From Heteronotia binoei (lineage: Eukaryota): 64,000 bases of DNA. The stretch covers positions 38,440,001-38,504,000 of the forward strand of contig NC_083231.1 of assembly GCF_032191835.1 (NCBI RefSeq), written 5' to 3'. The position numbers and the translations under genes were made by a program. The notes beneath the pieces were generated by a model. That model was given only the letters and a program-made list of their open reading frames with translations. It had not been told where the DNA came from and ran no database searches. Positions 12,865-23,938 of the stretch are shown here, in pieces. The first letter of the stretch is position 1. Each line of letters opens with the position of its first letter.

Positions 12865-14313
12865 GATCAGCTCCCCTTGAGGTGTGTGTATGTGCGGGGT
12901 GGAATTAATACTTGGGTGGGTGGGAAGACAACAAGTCTGGGGGGGGCACTCATTCAGAGGCCTTTAGTGGTACTTTTAAAAGTTGGTGGGAAAATCCTAC
13001 CTCTGAGGGAAAGGCCTTTCCTCATGGGGAATCAGTGTTGCCAATCTCCAGGTGAGGACTGGAGATCTTTCGAATTTCAACTGTTCTCCAGATAGATGGC
13101 AGAGATCAGCTTCTCTTGAGGTGTGTTGCAGGGGAGAGTGAATGCCTCCACATGGGTGGGTGGGAAGACAGCAAGGCGGGGTGGCAGCACTCGCCCAGGG
13201 GCCTTTAGTGGTGCCTTTCCAGATTATTTGAAAATTCCTAAGGAATCACTACAGGCCTCTGAGGGAAAGGCCTTTCCTCACGAGGAACCACTGTTGCAAA
13301 TCTTCAGGTGAGGGCTGGAGATCTCTCAAAATTACAACTGCTATCCAAATAGATGGCAGAGATCAGTTCCCCTTGAGGTGGAGAGCCAGTTTGGTATAGC
13401 GGTTAAGTGTGTGGACACTTATCTGGGAGAACCGGGTTTGATTCCCCACTCCTCCACTTGCACCTGCTGGAATGACCTTGGGTCAGCCATAGCTCTGGCA
13501 GAGGTTGTCCTTGAAAGGGCAGCAGCTGTGAGAGCCCTCTCAGCCCCACCCACCTCACAGGGTGTCTGTTGTGGGGGAGGAAGATAAAGGAGATTGTGGG
13601 CAGCTCTGAGACTCTGAGATTTGGTGTGGAGGGTGGGATATAAATCCAATATCTTCTTCACTTGGGTGGGTGGGAAGACAGCAAGGCTGGGGGGGGGGCA
13701 CTCGCCCAGAGGTCTTTAGTGGCACCTTTAAAAGTTGGTGGGAAATTCCTAAAGGATCACTACAGGCCTCTGAGGGAAAGGCCTTTCCTCATAGGGAAAT
13801 AGTGTTGCCAAATCTCCAGGTGAGGGCTAGAGATCTCTCAGAATTACAACTGCTCTCCAGATAGATGGCAGAGATCAGCTCCCCTTGAGGTGGTGGTGGG
13901 GAGTGAATGCCTTCACTAGTGTGAGTGGGAAAACAGCAAGGCTGGGGTGGAGCACTTGCCTAGAAGCCTTTAGTGATACCTTTCCAAGTTGGTGGGAAAT
14001 TCCTGTAGACTCTTTGTTGGAGTTTGAGGAGGACATACAGGTTAGGACTTCAGAATGGGATCTGCCAGACCCAGGTTCTTGTGAAAGGTGACAGGGTGAC
14101 AGGGTGATTTTGGCTCCTTTTGGGGAGCCAGTGCAGATCACTCAGATTTACAACTGCTCTCTGAATGGCACAGATTAGCTCCCCTTGAGGTGGGGAGGGG
14201 GAGTCAATGCCTTCACTTAGGTGGGTGGGAAGACAGCAAGGGTGGCAGGTGCTTGCCCAGAGCCTCCTTCTAGAGCCCGTTGTATGTTTCTTCACAACGG
14301 GCCTTACTCCTAG
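12865..14313 (+). repeat. Tandem array of ~240-260-bp units (about 5 units, partly decayed) ending in a Helitron-like 3' terminus
   Basis: Unit motif GATCAGCTCCCCTTGAGGTG...GGGTGGGTGGGAAGACAGCAAGG...CTCTGAGGGAAAGGCCTTTCCTCA...AGATAGATGGCAGA recurs at ~12865, 13103, 13362, 13873 and ~14170. Hairpin GCCCGTTG/CAACGGGC (14275-14302), then CTAG (14310-14313) and T. Confidence 0.8.
13381..13660 (+). mobile_element. Sauria-type SINE inserted in the third array unit
   Basis: GAGAGCCAGTTTGGTATAGCGGTTAAG head, B-box-like GGGTTTGATTCCC, tail GGGATATAAATCCAATATCTTCTTC. Confidence 0.9.
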
Positions 14314-16584
14314 TCTCTAGATAATTTTGTAAAAAGGACATACTTGTTTTCTTGACTTTTCTTCAGTCCCTAGGCATCAACTAATCAAGTAGCTGCCTAC
14401 TTCATTTCCTCACAATGCTAGATTTGCCATTAGGAATTGTTTTAAAACTCTCTGTGCATTCATTCCATCAACAAACGGATTATTGAGTAACAAGTAGCAA
14501 AAAAACCCCAATGGAATTAACACACACATATACCCAGCACAGAACTAACTGGGCTAGTATTAAATTATTCCTGTCCTAGAATAAGAAACCAGCAAAGCAT
14601 CATCAATATGTAATTCACATTGTTTAGAAAGAACTGAAAATTGTTTTCTTTATTGCTAGAAGAACAGCTCAAACAAAGAAAAGTATAATGCTACTGTGGG
14701 GAAAATAAAATAAAAAAGACTTCACTGAACAAGATTTAAGGTTTCAAGAGCAATATGATTTATGAGAGCTAAGAAAAGAAAAGTATTATTCTTGCTGGGG
14801 TTAAAAAAACCCTGATGATAATATATTGCAATAGGAGTTAATGTTTTTAAACTATCTTCACTCCTGCTTCAGATGACTGATGAGAATAAAATTTGGAACA
14901 ACAAGTAAAGCTCAGAGATCAATTCTTTTAAAACCTGCTGCTCTCGGCTTTCAAAGGAATGCAATGTAGAACTCGCTCCTCATATCCTGCTGGCACAATA
15001 AGTTTTCACAGTGAGGAGGTGGTTTACTGCTAAACTTGCTTGTCCGTCTGCAGTTTTCCACTCTAAGCATCCAACAAAATCCTCCTTTGGCACTTTCAAG
15101 TAAATATTTGATTTTCTGCTATGTTTAACAGGCATGCATTTCCCCTTAGTCTATCATTTTCTCCATTTCAAGCCCTTGTACTGATTTTATGTCACATTGC
15201 ATCTGCAGAAATTGCCTCATGATTACTAATCGCATACATGTTTACTCAGAAGTAAATTGCACTGTATTCAATGGGTCTTATTTCCAAGTAAAAGTGTAGC
15301 AAATCATAAGCTTCATCTTTTAATCTTTTTTTTTTCATTGTATTTGGTTTTGGGACACTTTGACTTCTAGCCATTAGGGTGTGATAGTCAGAATGTAAGT
15401 AAATCTGGCAACTGTCTAAAACACATCCATTTCCCAAAGGTACGTTCCATGACATTCTCACATAAGCAAATTGTTGTGCTGAATGGATCCCTGCAGCAGA
15501 CAGTAAAGCAGTTATATATGATGGCTTCACTATGTGCCTGACTCATTTCACATTTGGTGCAAAACCCACATTTATTGTGGTGGTCCAAATGGGTTGATCA
15601 GCAGAATAATAAATATGAAATTGCAAATTAGAACACATACTTTACTACATAGCATTTTAGGCAGCTGGATCAGAATCTTAGTTTGTAGGAGTAAAAACAA
15701 GACTTTATAATAATATGCATACAGTGTAGAGGAAGCAAGCATGAGAAAGAATTAAGGAAGAGAGTTGTTATCTTCACACAAATGATCATTACAGCTGGCC
15801 AAGTTTTTAAGTAAAGCCATTATGGGCTGGCCACATTGTACAATTAAAATGACATTCGTATTTGACCATTATTATCATATTATTATTGCATATATACTTT
15901 GCAAAATGCTTTACAACTTTTGTTTCATTCCTTGTTATTACCGAGTAGACATTACATTTTACAATTTAAGAAAATAATTATGCAGTTATTTATAGTAAAT
16001 TTCACTAAATATAAACCTGAGGTACGATTATGAAGTTGTTTTTAACCATTGAAGATAATTTTAAAGTCACAAAATTAAAGACAGATATAAAATCCAAACC
16101 CATTTTTCACATCAAATTAGAATTTCATTTCAAACATTTCCCCCCTCCACCATTGTTAAAAATGTGAGTTGCCCATAAAATATAGGCATGGAAGACAAAA
16201 GTCCTCTTACTAACAAGCAATAAAAGATTTTCTTTAACTACATGGTATCTTAACTAGAGAGTATTAAAGGTTGGTTGTCACTTTAGTAGTTAAATTTTAT
16301 AAATTAAGATATTCTAAAACATTAACATTTTACATTGCAGATTAAAGAATATCTAGTTTGATAATTTACTACAAAAACTAATGACCCCTTTTAAATTTGT
16401 TTACTCACCAATTTGGAACAATTTCTTCCACAGGCTTGAGAAAGTAAATGCTAAAAGAGGTCAGTTAAGCTGCAACTGCCTCACAAGCAAAGACTGCTAC
16501 TCTTACTTCATTCTCATAGTTTTTTAAAAAATATATAAATATAAATTTCAACCCAACCTGATTAATACTAAACATACACCTACT

Positions 16585-16765
16585 CAGGGCTTTTTTTGTA
16601 GCAGGAACTCCTTTGCATATTGGGCCACACACCCCTAATATAGCCAATCCTCCTGGAGCTTACAGTAGGCCCTGTAATAAGAAACCTGTAAGCTCTTGGA
16701 AGACTAGCTACATTAGGGGTGGGTGGCCTAATATGCAAAAGAGTTCTTGCTACAAAAAAGCCCTG
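16585..16765. mobile_element. hAT-type palindromic MITE
   Basis: TIR CAGGGCTTTTTTTGTAGC / GCTACAAAAAAGCCCTG with perfect 8-bp TSD CACCTACT. Related copies at ~33475-33640, 48062-48212, 56127-56262, 61684-61853. Confidence 0.9.
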
Positions 16766-16980
16766 CACCTACTGGTTTGTCTGTTACTCCAAAAGAGAAA
16801 AGCACAGTGCCGTTGACTTAGATGAACCTGGAAGGTTGTAACTCAATACATTGCAATATAAGTATACTAAACAATCTATGCAACAGTTCTTACCAGAACA
16901 AATCTGGAATCTCAAGGAAACTTTCCTGGGTGTAAATCTCATTGAATGGCATGGAATTCACTTCAGAGTAAATTCTGCAC

Positions 16981-17197
16981 AGCCCTAACCTGGATGGCCC
17001 AGGCTACCTGATCTCAGACCTCAGAAGCTAAGCAGGATCAGACTTGGTTAGTATTTTGATGGGAGACTATTGAGGAAGTCCAGGGTTGCTACATAGAGGC
17101 AGGCAATAGCAAACCACCTTTGAACATCTAATGCCTTGAGAACCCCACCAAGAGTCACCATAACTCAGCTGTTACTTGATGGCAGTTTCCACCAGCA
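16981..17197 (+). mobile_element. 5S rRNA-derived SINE with Sauria/BovB-like tail
   Basis: CTCAGAAGCTAAGCAGGATCAGACTTGGTTAGTATTTTGATGGGAGAC matches the 5S internal control region (CTCGGAAGCTAAGCAGGGTCGGGCCTGGTTAGTACTTGGATGGGAGAC); followed by GGCAATAGCAAACCACC...GTCACCATAACTCAG. Not a functional 5S gene. Confidence 0.8.
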
Positions 17198-17765
17198 CAC
17201 CTGCATAGGATTGCTCACTCTTGTTTTAATATGGAAGTTCCTACCAAGATACAGCACTAAAGTACTTATTTTTAAATTGCTGTTTAAAATTACCAGCCTA
17301 AAAATGTGCTGTGAGAATGGTAGCCAGAAGTTATTTACTGTTTTTCATGAACATTTTGGGTAGCATTGAAATGAATGCTTTTGATAAAGTTTTGCTGATT
17401 TTTAAAACTTTCTTAATGATGTCACTGCATCATTTAACATTTAACAGACTACATGATATAATCATATGATCTTCCATTTGGCTGTGATCACCCATATGAT
17501 TGACAGAGCATATAATGCTTTACATAGGCTTCATTTCTTAATTTTGTTTTACAAACAAATCTGATTTATCATTAACTATGTAGCAATGTGACATCAACCC
17601 AGTTACTACATGATCCCTGATTGGCTGGAATCTTCCATGTGACTACTCCTACAACAAAAAATTATACATGCAAGGGAAATTGGTGCAGAAATAGCAGCAA
17701 AGAAAAACAAAGAAGGCAAAGAAACTTAACCCAAAAACCGGAGTAAGAAACCTAAAAGGTTAATA

Positions 17766-18392
17766 TGCAATTAAAGGGCTGAACATTAAAAACAAGCCTC
17801 TATCCTATCATAAGCCTCTATCCTATGTAAAATCATAAAACCTCAATGGAAACTCACTCAACTTGACCTACGCGTTTTGACCTAAATTGGTCGTCTTCAG
17901 AGGTCAGAAAGGGAAGTACACATATTGGTTCAGAATACAGAACAGAATAAAACAATAGAACAATGCTGGACCACAAGGAAATTTAGTGAAGTGACAAAGG
18001 CTTAGAGATATTCTTGAGGTCTCTTGTTCTATAGCCTTATGTCTTAATCAAGAGCATACCTATAGCATTCAGTGTTTTTTGTATGCCACATGGTCCAGAA
18101 TTGATCAAGTAAATTGATCAAGTAAAGAGTTGGCACATAGGGTCTGACTTTACTTGATCAGTTGGCACAAAGGCTCTGACTTTACTTACCTTTCTAACCT
18201 CTGAAAAAGACCAATTTAGGTCAAAACTTGTCAGGTCAAGTTGAGTGGGTTCCCATTGAGGTTTTATTATATTACATAGGATAGAGGCTTATGATGGGCC
18301 TTTAAATGGTTTTAGCTTTCAACAATAAATACATGTATGTTGATTTATGATTTTTTTACACTTTGTTTTTAATGTTCAGCCCTTTAATGGCA
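17766..18392. mobile_element. Non-autonomous TIR element with long inverted arms (TTAA-AGGG ... CCCT-TTAA)
   Basis: Left arm 17766-17918 is an imperfect reverse complement of right arm 18182-18392 (e.g. TAAGCCTCTATCCTATGTAA / TTACATAGGATAGAGGCTTA; TTTTGACCTAAATTGGTC / GACCAATTTAGGTCAAAA). Confidence 0.8.
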
Positions 18393-19619
18393 GAAATAGA
18401 GGCACACAAGAAAAGTAGTGACAGAGGGCAAATATACACACAGATTTAGGGAGAAATATTCCACCTCACCCTCTGCAAACAGCTGCCTTTGATTTGGTCA
18501 TATGTCTTGTCTCTTATCTTAATTTATTGTATCTAACAAGGTTCAATCACATTTCAACTACACCAAAATTTAAGACAAACTTTTAAGACCACTCTAAAGC
18601 ACAACAATTTAAAGATAAACGAAAAGGATTTTAAGAAGATTTTAAAGGAACTTTTGCATTTCATCACTTATAATCAAACACTCATTCAACTCAAACATAT
18701 GCCATGATTGAATTTGGAAGATTTTATATGTTTGGCAGCTGTCTTTCAACCTGAAATAAATCTTTAAAGTGTACTGCTCAAATATTCATCCACGGAGATA
18801 AGCCAACAAAAATTAGCAACATGTCCCAAGACCAGACAAAACTGGTGTACAGCAGGTGGATTCAGTGCCACAGCAGATAATTGAAAACTTAGGTATCAAG
18901 CCAGACAGCTTTCAGATGTGAAGCTACTTATGTTCTCCGCACTTTTGTAACTGCTGACTGATTTTAAGGAGAAGTTTAATCAAAGTAGTAGAGCCTCCAC
19001 TGTACTTTAAGCTTAGTGAAATCAGTCCAGGACTTAAACATAGCAACACTCAGCAACACTGAGCAATTGAACGCAAACATTTAAAAAATCCCCCTGCTTT
19101 ATTTCTTTATTTAGACATTCTTATGCTGTCTCTGCAGTGATATACTTGAGGTGGCTTACAATTAGGACAATAAAACGAATTAAAAACAAAGCTATTATCA
19201 TTTAAACAAGCCACTGAAAAAGAAGTCAATGTAATTTAAATAACATTTATTTCTGAACAGGCATGAGCTGTTCTGTTGTGTACATATAATAAAAGCATTC
19301 CTAAGTAGTTGTGCTTCAGAATGTCGGTAGAGTCTGTTGATAGATCTGCTGTATGGAATTAGGCTGTTAGCCTAAACTAACTGCAAGCCTGCTCAGTGAG
19401 CAGGATTACTGAAGCTTTGCAGCCATTTGAGTGGTTCTTTGTGCTTCCCCACTCAAATGGCTGCTCTGGGGGAGCACTTCTAGTTTTTTGGTCACTTTTG
19501 GTTTTATTGGAAATGGCTCCAAACCCCTCATTTTGGGGTGAGATTTTCCCCGCTGGCCAGCTGGTCGCTGGCGGGGAAGTCCTCCCCAAATTGGGGATCC
19601 CTCACTCGGACCAGGGGAT

Positions 19620-19825
19620 TGGGGAGGGACGGTGGCTCAGTGGTAGAGCATCTGCTTGGTAAGCAGAAGGTCCCAGGTTCAATCCCTGGCATCTACAAAA
19701 AGGGTCCAGGCAAATAGGTGTGAAAAACCTCAGCTCGAGACCCTGGAGAGCCGCTGCCAGTCTGAGAAGACAATACTGACTTTGATGGACCAAGGGTCTG
19801 ATTCACTATAAAGCAGCTTCATATC
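19620..19825 (+). mobile_element. tRNA-derived SINE, Squam3-like
   Basis: Pol III box A TGGCTCAGTGG and box B GGTTCAATCCC, body GAGACCCTGGAGAGCCGCTGCCAGTCTGAG, tail GGCAGCTTCATAT-like. Confidence 0.8.
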
Positions 19826-20610
19826 TGTATGCCTGTTCTAATTTCATTATTAAATTAAACCTTTAGACCACCCTCACCTGTAGAACAGGGCTTAGGACAG
19901 TGTATGTCAGTAAAACACATTCATAATTTAAATTCACATTTTAAAAACAGTAAAAATACAACAACTGTCCTGATTAGATGGTGCTGGGGAACTTCAGATT
20001 GTGCCACTTATCTTGCAATGGGGCAGACAAGTAATAGAAGTGCCAGACAGATGGAAACCGTTGCTGTCTCAACAAATGCCTGGCAAACATCTCTGCCTTG
20101 CAGGCCCCATGGAACTGCATTAAGTCCCACAGGGCTTGGATGTTGTTTAGCAGAGAGTTCCACCATGTTGGAGTCAGTGACAAAAATGCCCTGGCTCTGG
20201 TTAAGGACAGACAGATATATCTCAAGCCAAGGATCACCAGTAAGTTCTTGTCTACAGAATGTACATTGTTCATGTAAATTGAGAACAGAAAGTATATAAC
20301 ATGGGCAAACAGTACAAATGAATCTACCAAAAAAGTGGGAGAACTGATGTTGTTGACAAAATGTAAATAAATACAAAATAAAGTAAATAAGGACCATTTG
20401 TTAATCCCTATTAAAAGATCACAGTTGCTTTAAAAGTGAAGTAAGTTGCAAACCAGTTAAACCAGAGACTCTAACAGTATACAGATTTTTGTGCAGTGGA
20501 ATTCTATCATTTCTCCTGGGCACTTACACAGAAATCAATTAAGTTCCAAATCCTGACCTTATGTAATTTCCCTTATACATAACTAGTGTCTTAGACATGA
20601 GTTAATTCAC

Positions 20611-20784
20611 TATAGATTGAAGTCAAGCCTGTTTGGGTCAGCTGAAATGCTGGCATGGTACTTGGTCACTACTACTAGAATCATTGGAAAGACGTATATG
20701 TCTTGTAATAGACAATACTTGGGAACATCAGCATCAAAAATAAACGTGCACTCATAGTTGGGCTGATACAGTTCTTTGTAGAAA
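20611..20784 (-). CDS. Candidate exon (FYKELYQPNYECTFIFDADVPKYCLLQDIYVFPMILVVVTKYHASISADPNRLDFNL)
   Basis: Strong acceptor tgtttttccttag, 57 open codons in AT-rich DNA, donor gtgaat; phase-compatible with the upstream 23-nt exon. Confidence 0.45.
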
Positions 20785-21166
20785 CTAAGGAAAAACATAA
20801 TTTTACCATTGCTATTAAGAAGTACCATTTTTTTATTTTAACCAGCTTACTGGTGTTCAGATGGTAACTGCTGCAAGGCAAGAGTTGATGTGTCTGGTTG
20901 CATGTGTATGTGGGAGGTTATTTATTCCTTCTATCCAGTTTAAGAGATGAAGATATAAGTTACTGTTTTCTTGTAAACTGCTGAGGAACTAAAGGTCAGG
21001 CACAGGATTCTGTTTTTCTTTTCTATGTTTAATGAGCCAATAAACAAATGTTTCCCTAATTTGAAATCCTAGTGTGAGCTCTGGAAAATAGATGCATTTT
21101 CTCCAACAACTTGAAAGAAGAGATGATTCAGTTTTCACAAATAAGGTTTTCAGAAATTGAACTCAC

Positions 21167-21189
21167 CTCATTTGCAGTGTCTGTTTTCT
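21167..21189 (-). CDS. Candidate 23-nt micro-exon
   Basis: cattcttgactccag|AGAAAACAGACACTGCAAATGAG|gtgagt: good acceptor and consensus donor. Confidence 0.45.
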
Positions 21190-21969
21190 CTGGAGTCAAG
21201 AATGTTACATGATCACATTAATAATATGTTCAAAATGTAATACTATAGATTAACAACAAGCAAGGGACAATGAAGTTTCCCTGCTTAGGCAGTTTGTGAG
21301 TGGGAGGTACAGAAATGGGGAGCAATCAGGTGGCACAACCCCCTACCTTCTCCCATCTGAGGCTTTATGGTCCCTCCCAGTAGGCAAGTTCATAGCAGAA
21401 AAAGAGTAATGCAGCCTTGATGAATGGGAGCAGCACATACCCACATCAGTGGCATTGAGCATGGCAACTGACTGCATAGCTGCTTGTGGCTCCTGTGCAT
21501 AACTTATGGACTTGCTGAGCTCACACATGTGCTACAAAGTAATTATTGGCATAATTTAAGATCAACTGCATTTTGAATACATATGGCATTCAGTTTATTG
21601 GATTAAGTTCAAAATTTGTTTAAATCATCACCAAATATGAGAACATGCAAAGTATTTGAGATCTCATTGCAAACATTCAACATGAAAACAAACATGCAAA
21701 GCCTTGAGAGTCAAGCAGACAAAATGGACAAGGCTGTGATACCAGAAAATAAGACATATGTCTTTTCTAATAGCCAATCTGTGATGAAAACTCTATGTAC
21801 TCACAATGTTAAGGGAAAATTATATGTATTTACAAAGTATAATGAAATCATACAAAAAGAATCACTCAAGTGTAATTAACCATGTAATACATAAACTATC
21901 AGTATACAAATGAGAAAACAGACTCATTAAAATACATCCACACAATACTCAATACCCAGCACACTCAAC

Positions 21970-23280
21970 TTTTATTTATTAAAACATTTATACCTCTCTT
22001 GTCCTTGTTGTTCAAGGTGGCTTACAATAATGGTTGAACATTTCCAGAATAAAATAGCAAACGACAAAGGTCTTCCTCTCTCTGCCTTTAAAAGATACCC
22101 ATTGTTCAAACACCTGCAAAAATCCTGAAGATCTCTAAGGAAATCTCTTCAACTCTTCAGGGAGCCCATTCCACAAAGCAGGGGCCATGATGGAAAAGGC
22201 CTGGGCTTTAGTCAGTGTCAAACAGGCCACTCTAAGTGGTAGGATAACCAACAGATGGCTGCCTGAAAACTAGTTGGCACACAGGTCCATATGGAAGGAG
22301 ATTGTCCTTCAGATATGTGGGTCTCAAATTGTGAAGGGCTTTAAAGGTCATAACCAGCACCTTGAATTGAACTTAGAAACAGACTGATAGCATCTGTAGC
22401 TGCTGCAAAATGGGCACTATATGCTCCCAGCAGTTATTCGCTGACAACAGTCAGGCTGCCACAGTTTTGGCCACTTGTAGTTTTTAGGTTTTCTTCCGTA
22501 TAGAGGATAATGCAGTAATTTGGCTATGTGGTTACATCAGCATGGATTGTGTGGCCTGACTAGCTGAGTCTAAGTAACAAGAGAGCTGGTGAACCAGATG
22601 CAGTTTATAAAAGGCACTCTTGGCCACCATGCCAACCTTCTTTTCAAAGAGCGAAGCAGGGTCCAATCAGCACTCTCAAAGCTCTTAAGCTGTTTAAAAA
22701 ACCACTTCATCCAGGATAAGTGAATTCAATCCCTCTAGAATATCAGCCTTGCCAACCAGCATCACCTCTGTCTTGATTCAGCTTCAGTTCTGCCTTAGTG
22801 TCCTGACCACAGCCTCAAATTAGCAGTTTAGAACCAAGACAGATACGTCTGCAGGATGGCATAAAATATAAAACCAAGTAACATCTGCATATTGACAAGT
22901 GTGGGTAAGAGAATGGAGCCCTGTGGCACTTCACAAGATAAATGCCACCCAGTTGATTCTGAACCTCTAGTGGAGACTCTCTTTGCCCAGTCAGACAAAA
23001 AGAGTGAAACCACCAAAGGGCTATACCAGGGGTGGGGAACAGTGGCTCTCCAGATATTTTTTTGCCTACAACTCCCATCAGCCCCAGCCAGCATGGCCAA
23101 TGGCTGGGGCTGATGGGAGTTGTAGGCAAAAACATCTGGAGAGCCACTGTTCCCCACTGGGCTATACCTTTAACACCAACTCTGTATTCAGGCCAGTGGA
23201 TAAGAATGGAGTAGTCAACCGTGTCATAGGCACTAAAACATCTAACAATATGAACAAGTAAAATTGTTCCTTGTCCAGTT
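21970..23280 (-). mobile_element. Old L2-clade LINE 3' fragment
   Basis: Frame-shifted RT remnants ILLD.../SAYDTVDYSIL, EVPQGSILLP; TTTATTTATT tail at ~21971. Smaller L2 remnants at ~19870-20240, 33680-33920, 36250-36540 and 38430-38640. Confidence 0.75.
23027..23159. mobile_element. hAT-type palindromic MITE inserted in the old L2
   Basis: Perfect 8-bp TSD GGCTATAC (23019-23026 and 23160-23167); a homolog lies at 58685-58820. Confidence 0.92.
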
Positions 23281-23938
23281 TCAAGTGAAGACAAACTACC
23301 AGTGCAACTGAAGCCAACTTGATACCAAACCTAGACCTCAAGACACAAAAATCAGGGAAATCAGTGGAAGAATGAACTCCTACAAAACATTTACAATACA
23401 ATTTAGTAATGGTTTAAGATATTCAGAAAAGCATCTTTTCATAAATTTCTGACATTCTTTCAACCGTACATATAGTTAGTGTTGCTTGTTTGAGAATGGA
23501 GAACTATCAATTCCACCATCCCCGGAGTCGGGACATCACTTCTGCAGCAAACCAGAAGTCAATGTGTCAGGCAACACTCTATAATGCACTTGAAACTTCT
23601 TGTTCCTGATGAAAATGACATCACAACCCTGAGGGGGACACAGGTTTCTTTCCCTCCCCGAGCTGTTGAGAGGCAGTGGTAAACAGGTCCCAGGCAGGAA
23701 ATCTCTCCAAATAAAAAGGCTGACAAAATCATCTGTATATCTGACATGGTAGTTTTTAAAGTTTTTAAAAATACTTCATTTAGATATATATAAATTTACA
23801 AAATAACATACAACATCTAGACAGTAATCAAAATGAAAATTTCATATGTGGTGGTTATCTACAAATATACTAAAGATCTGTAAAAATAGCATATCTTGAT
23901 ACAGTGTATTTTTGGAAGTATATCTTTTTCAGTTATTT

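Noticed and set aside
12865-14260. Regular repeats as a CRISPR-like array
   Set aside because: Units are ~250 bp and similar along their whole length, with no unique spacers and no cas genes; vertebrate context.
19620-19695. tRNA gene
   Set aside because: The tRNA-like head continues into a SINE body; no complete cloverleaf or terminator.
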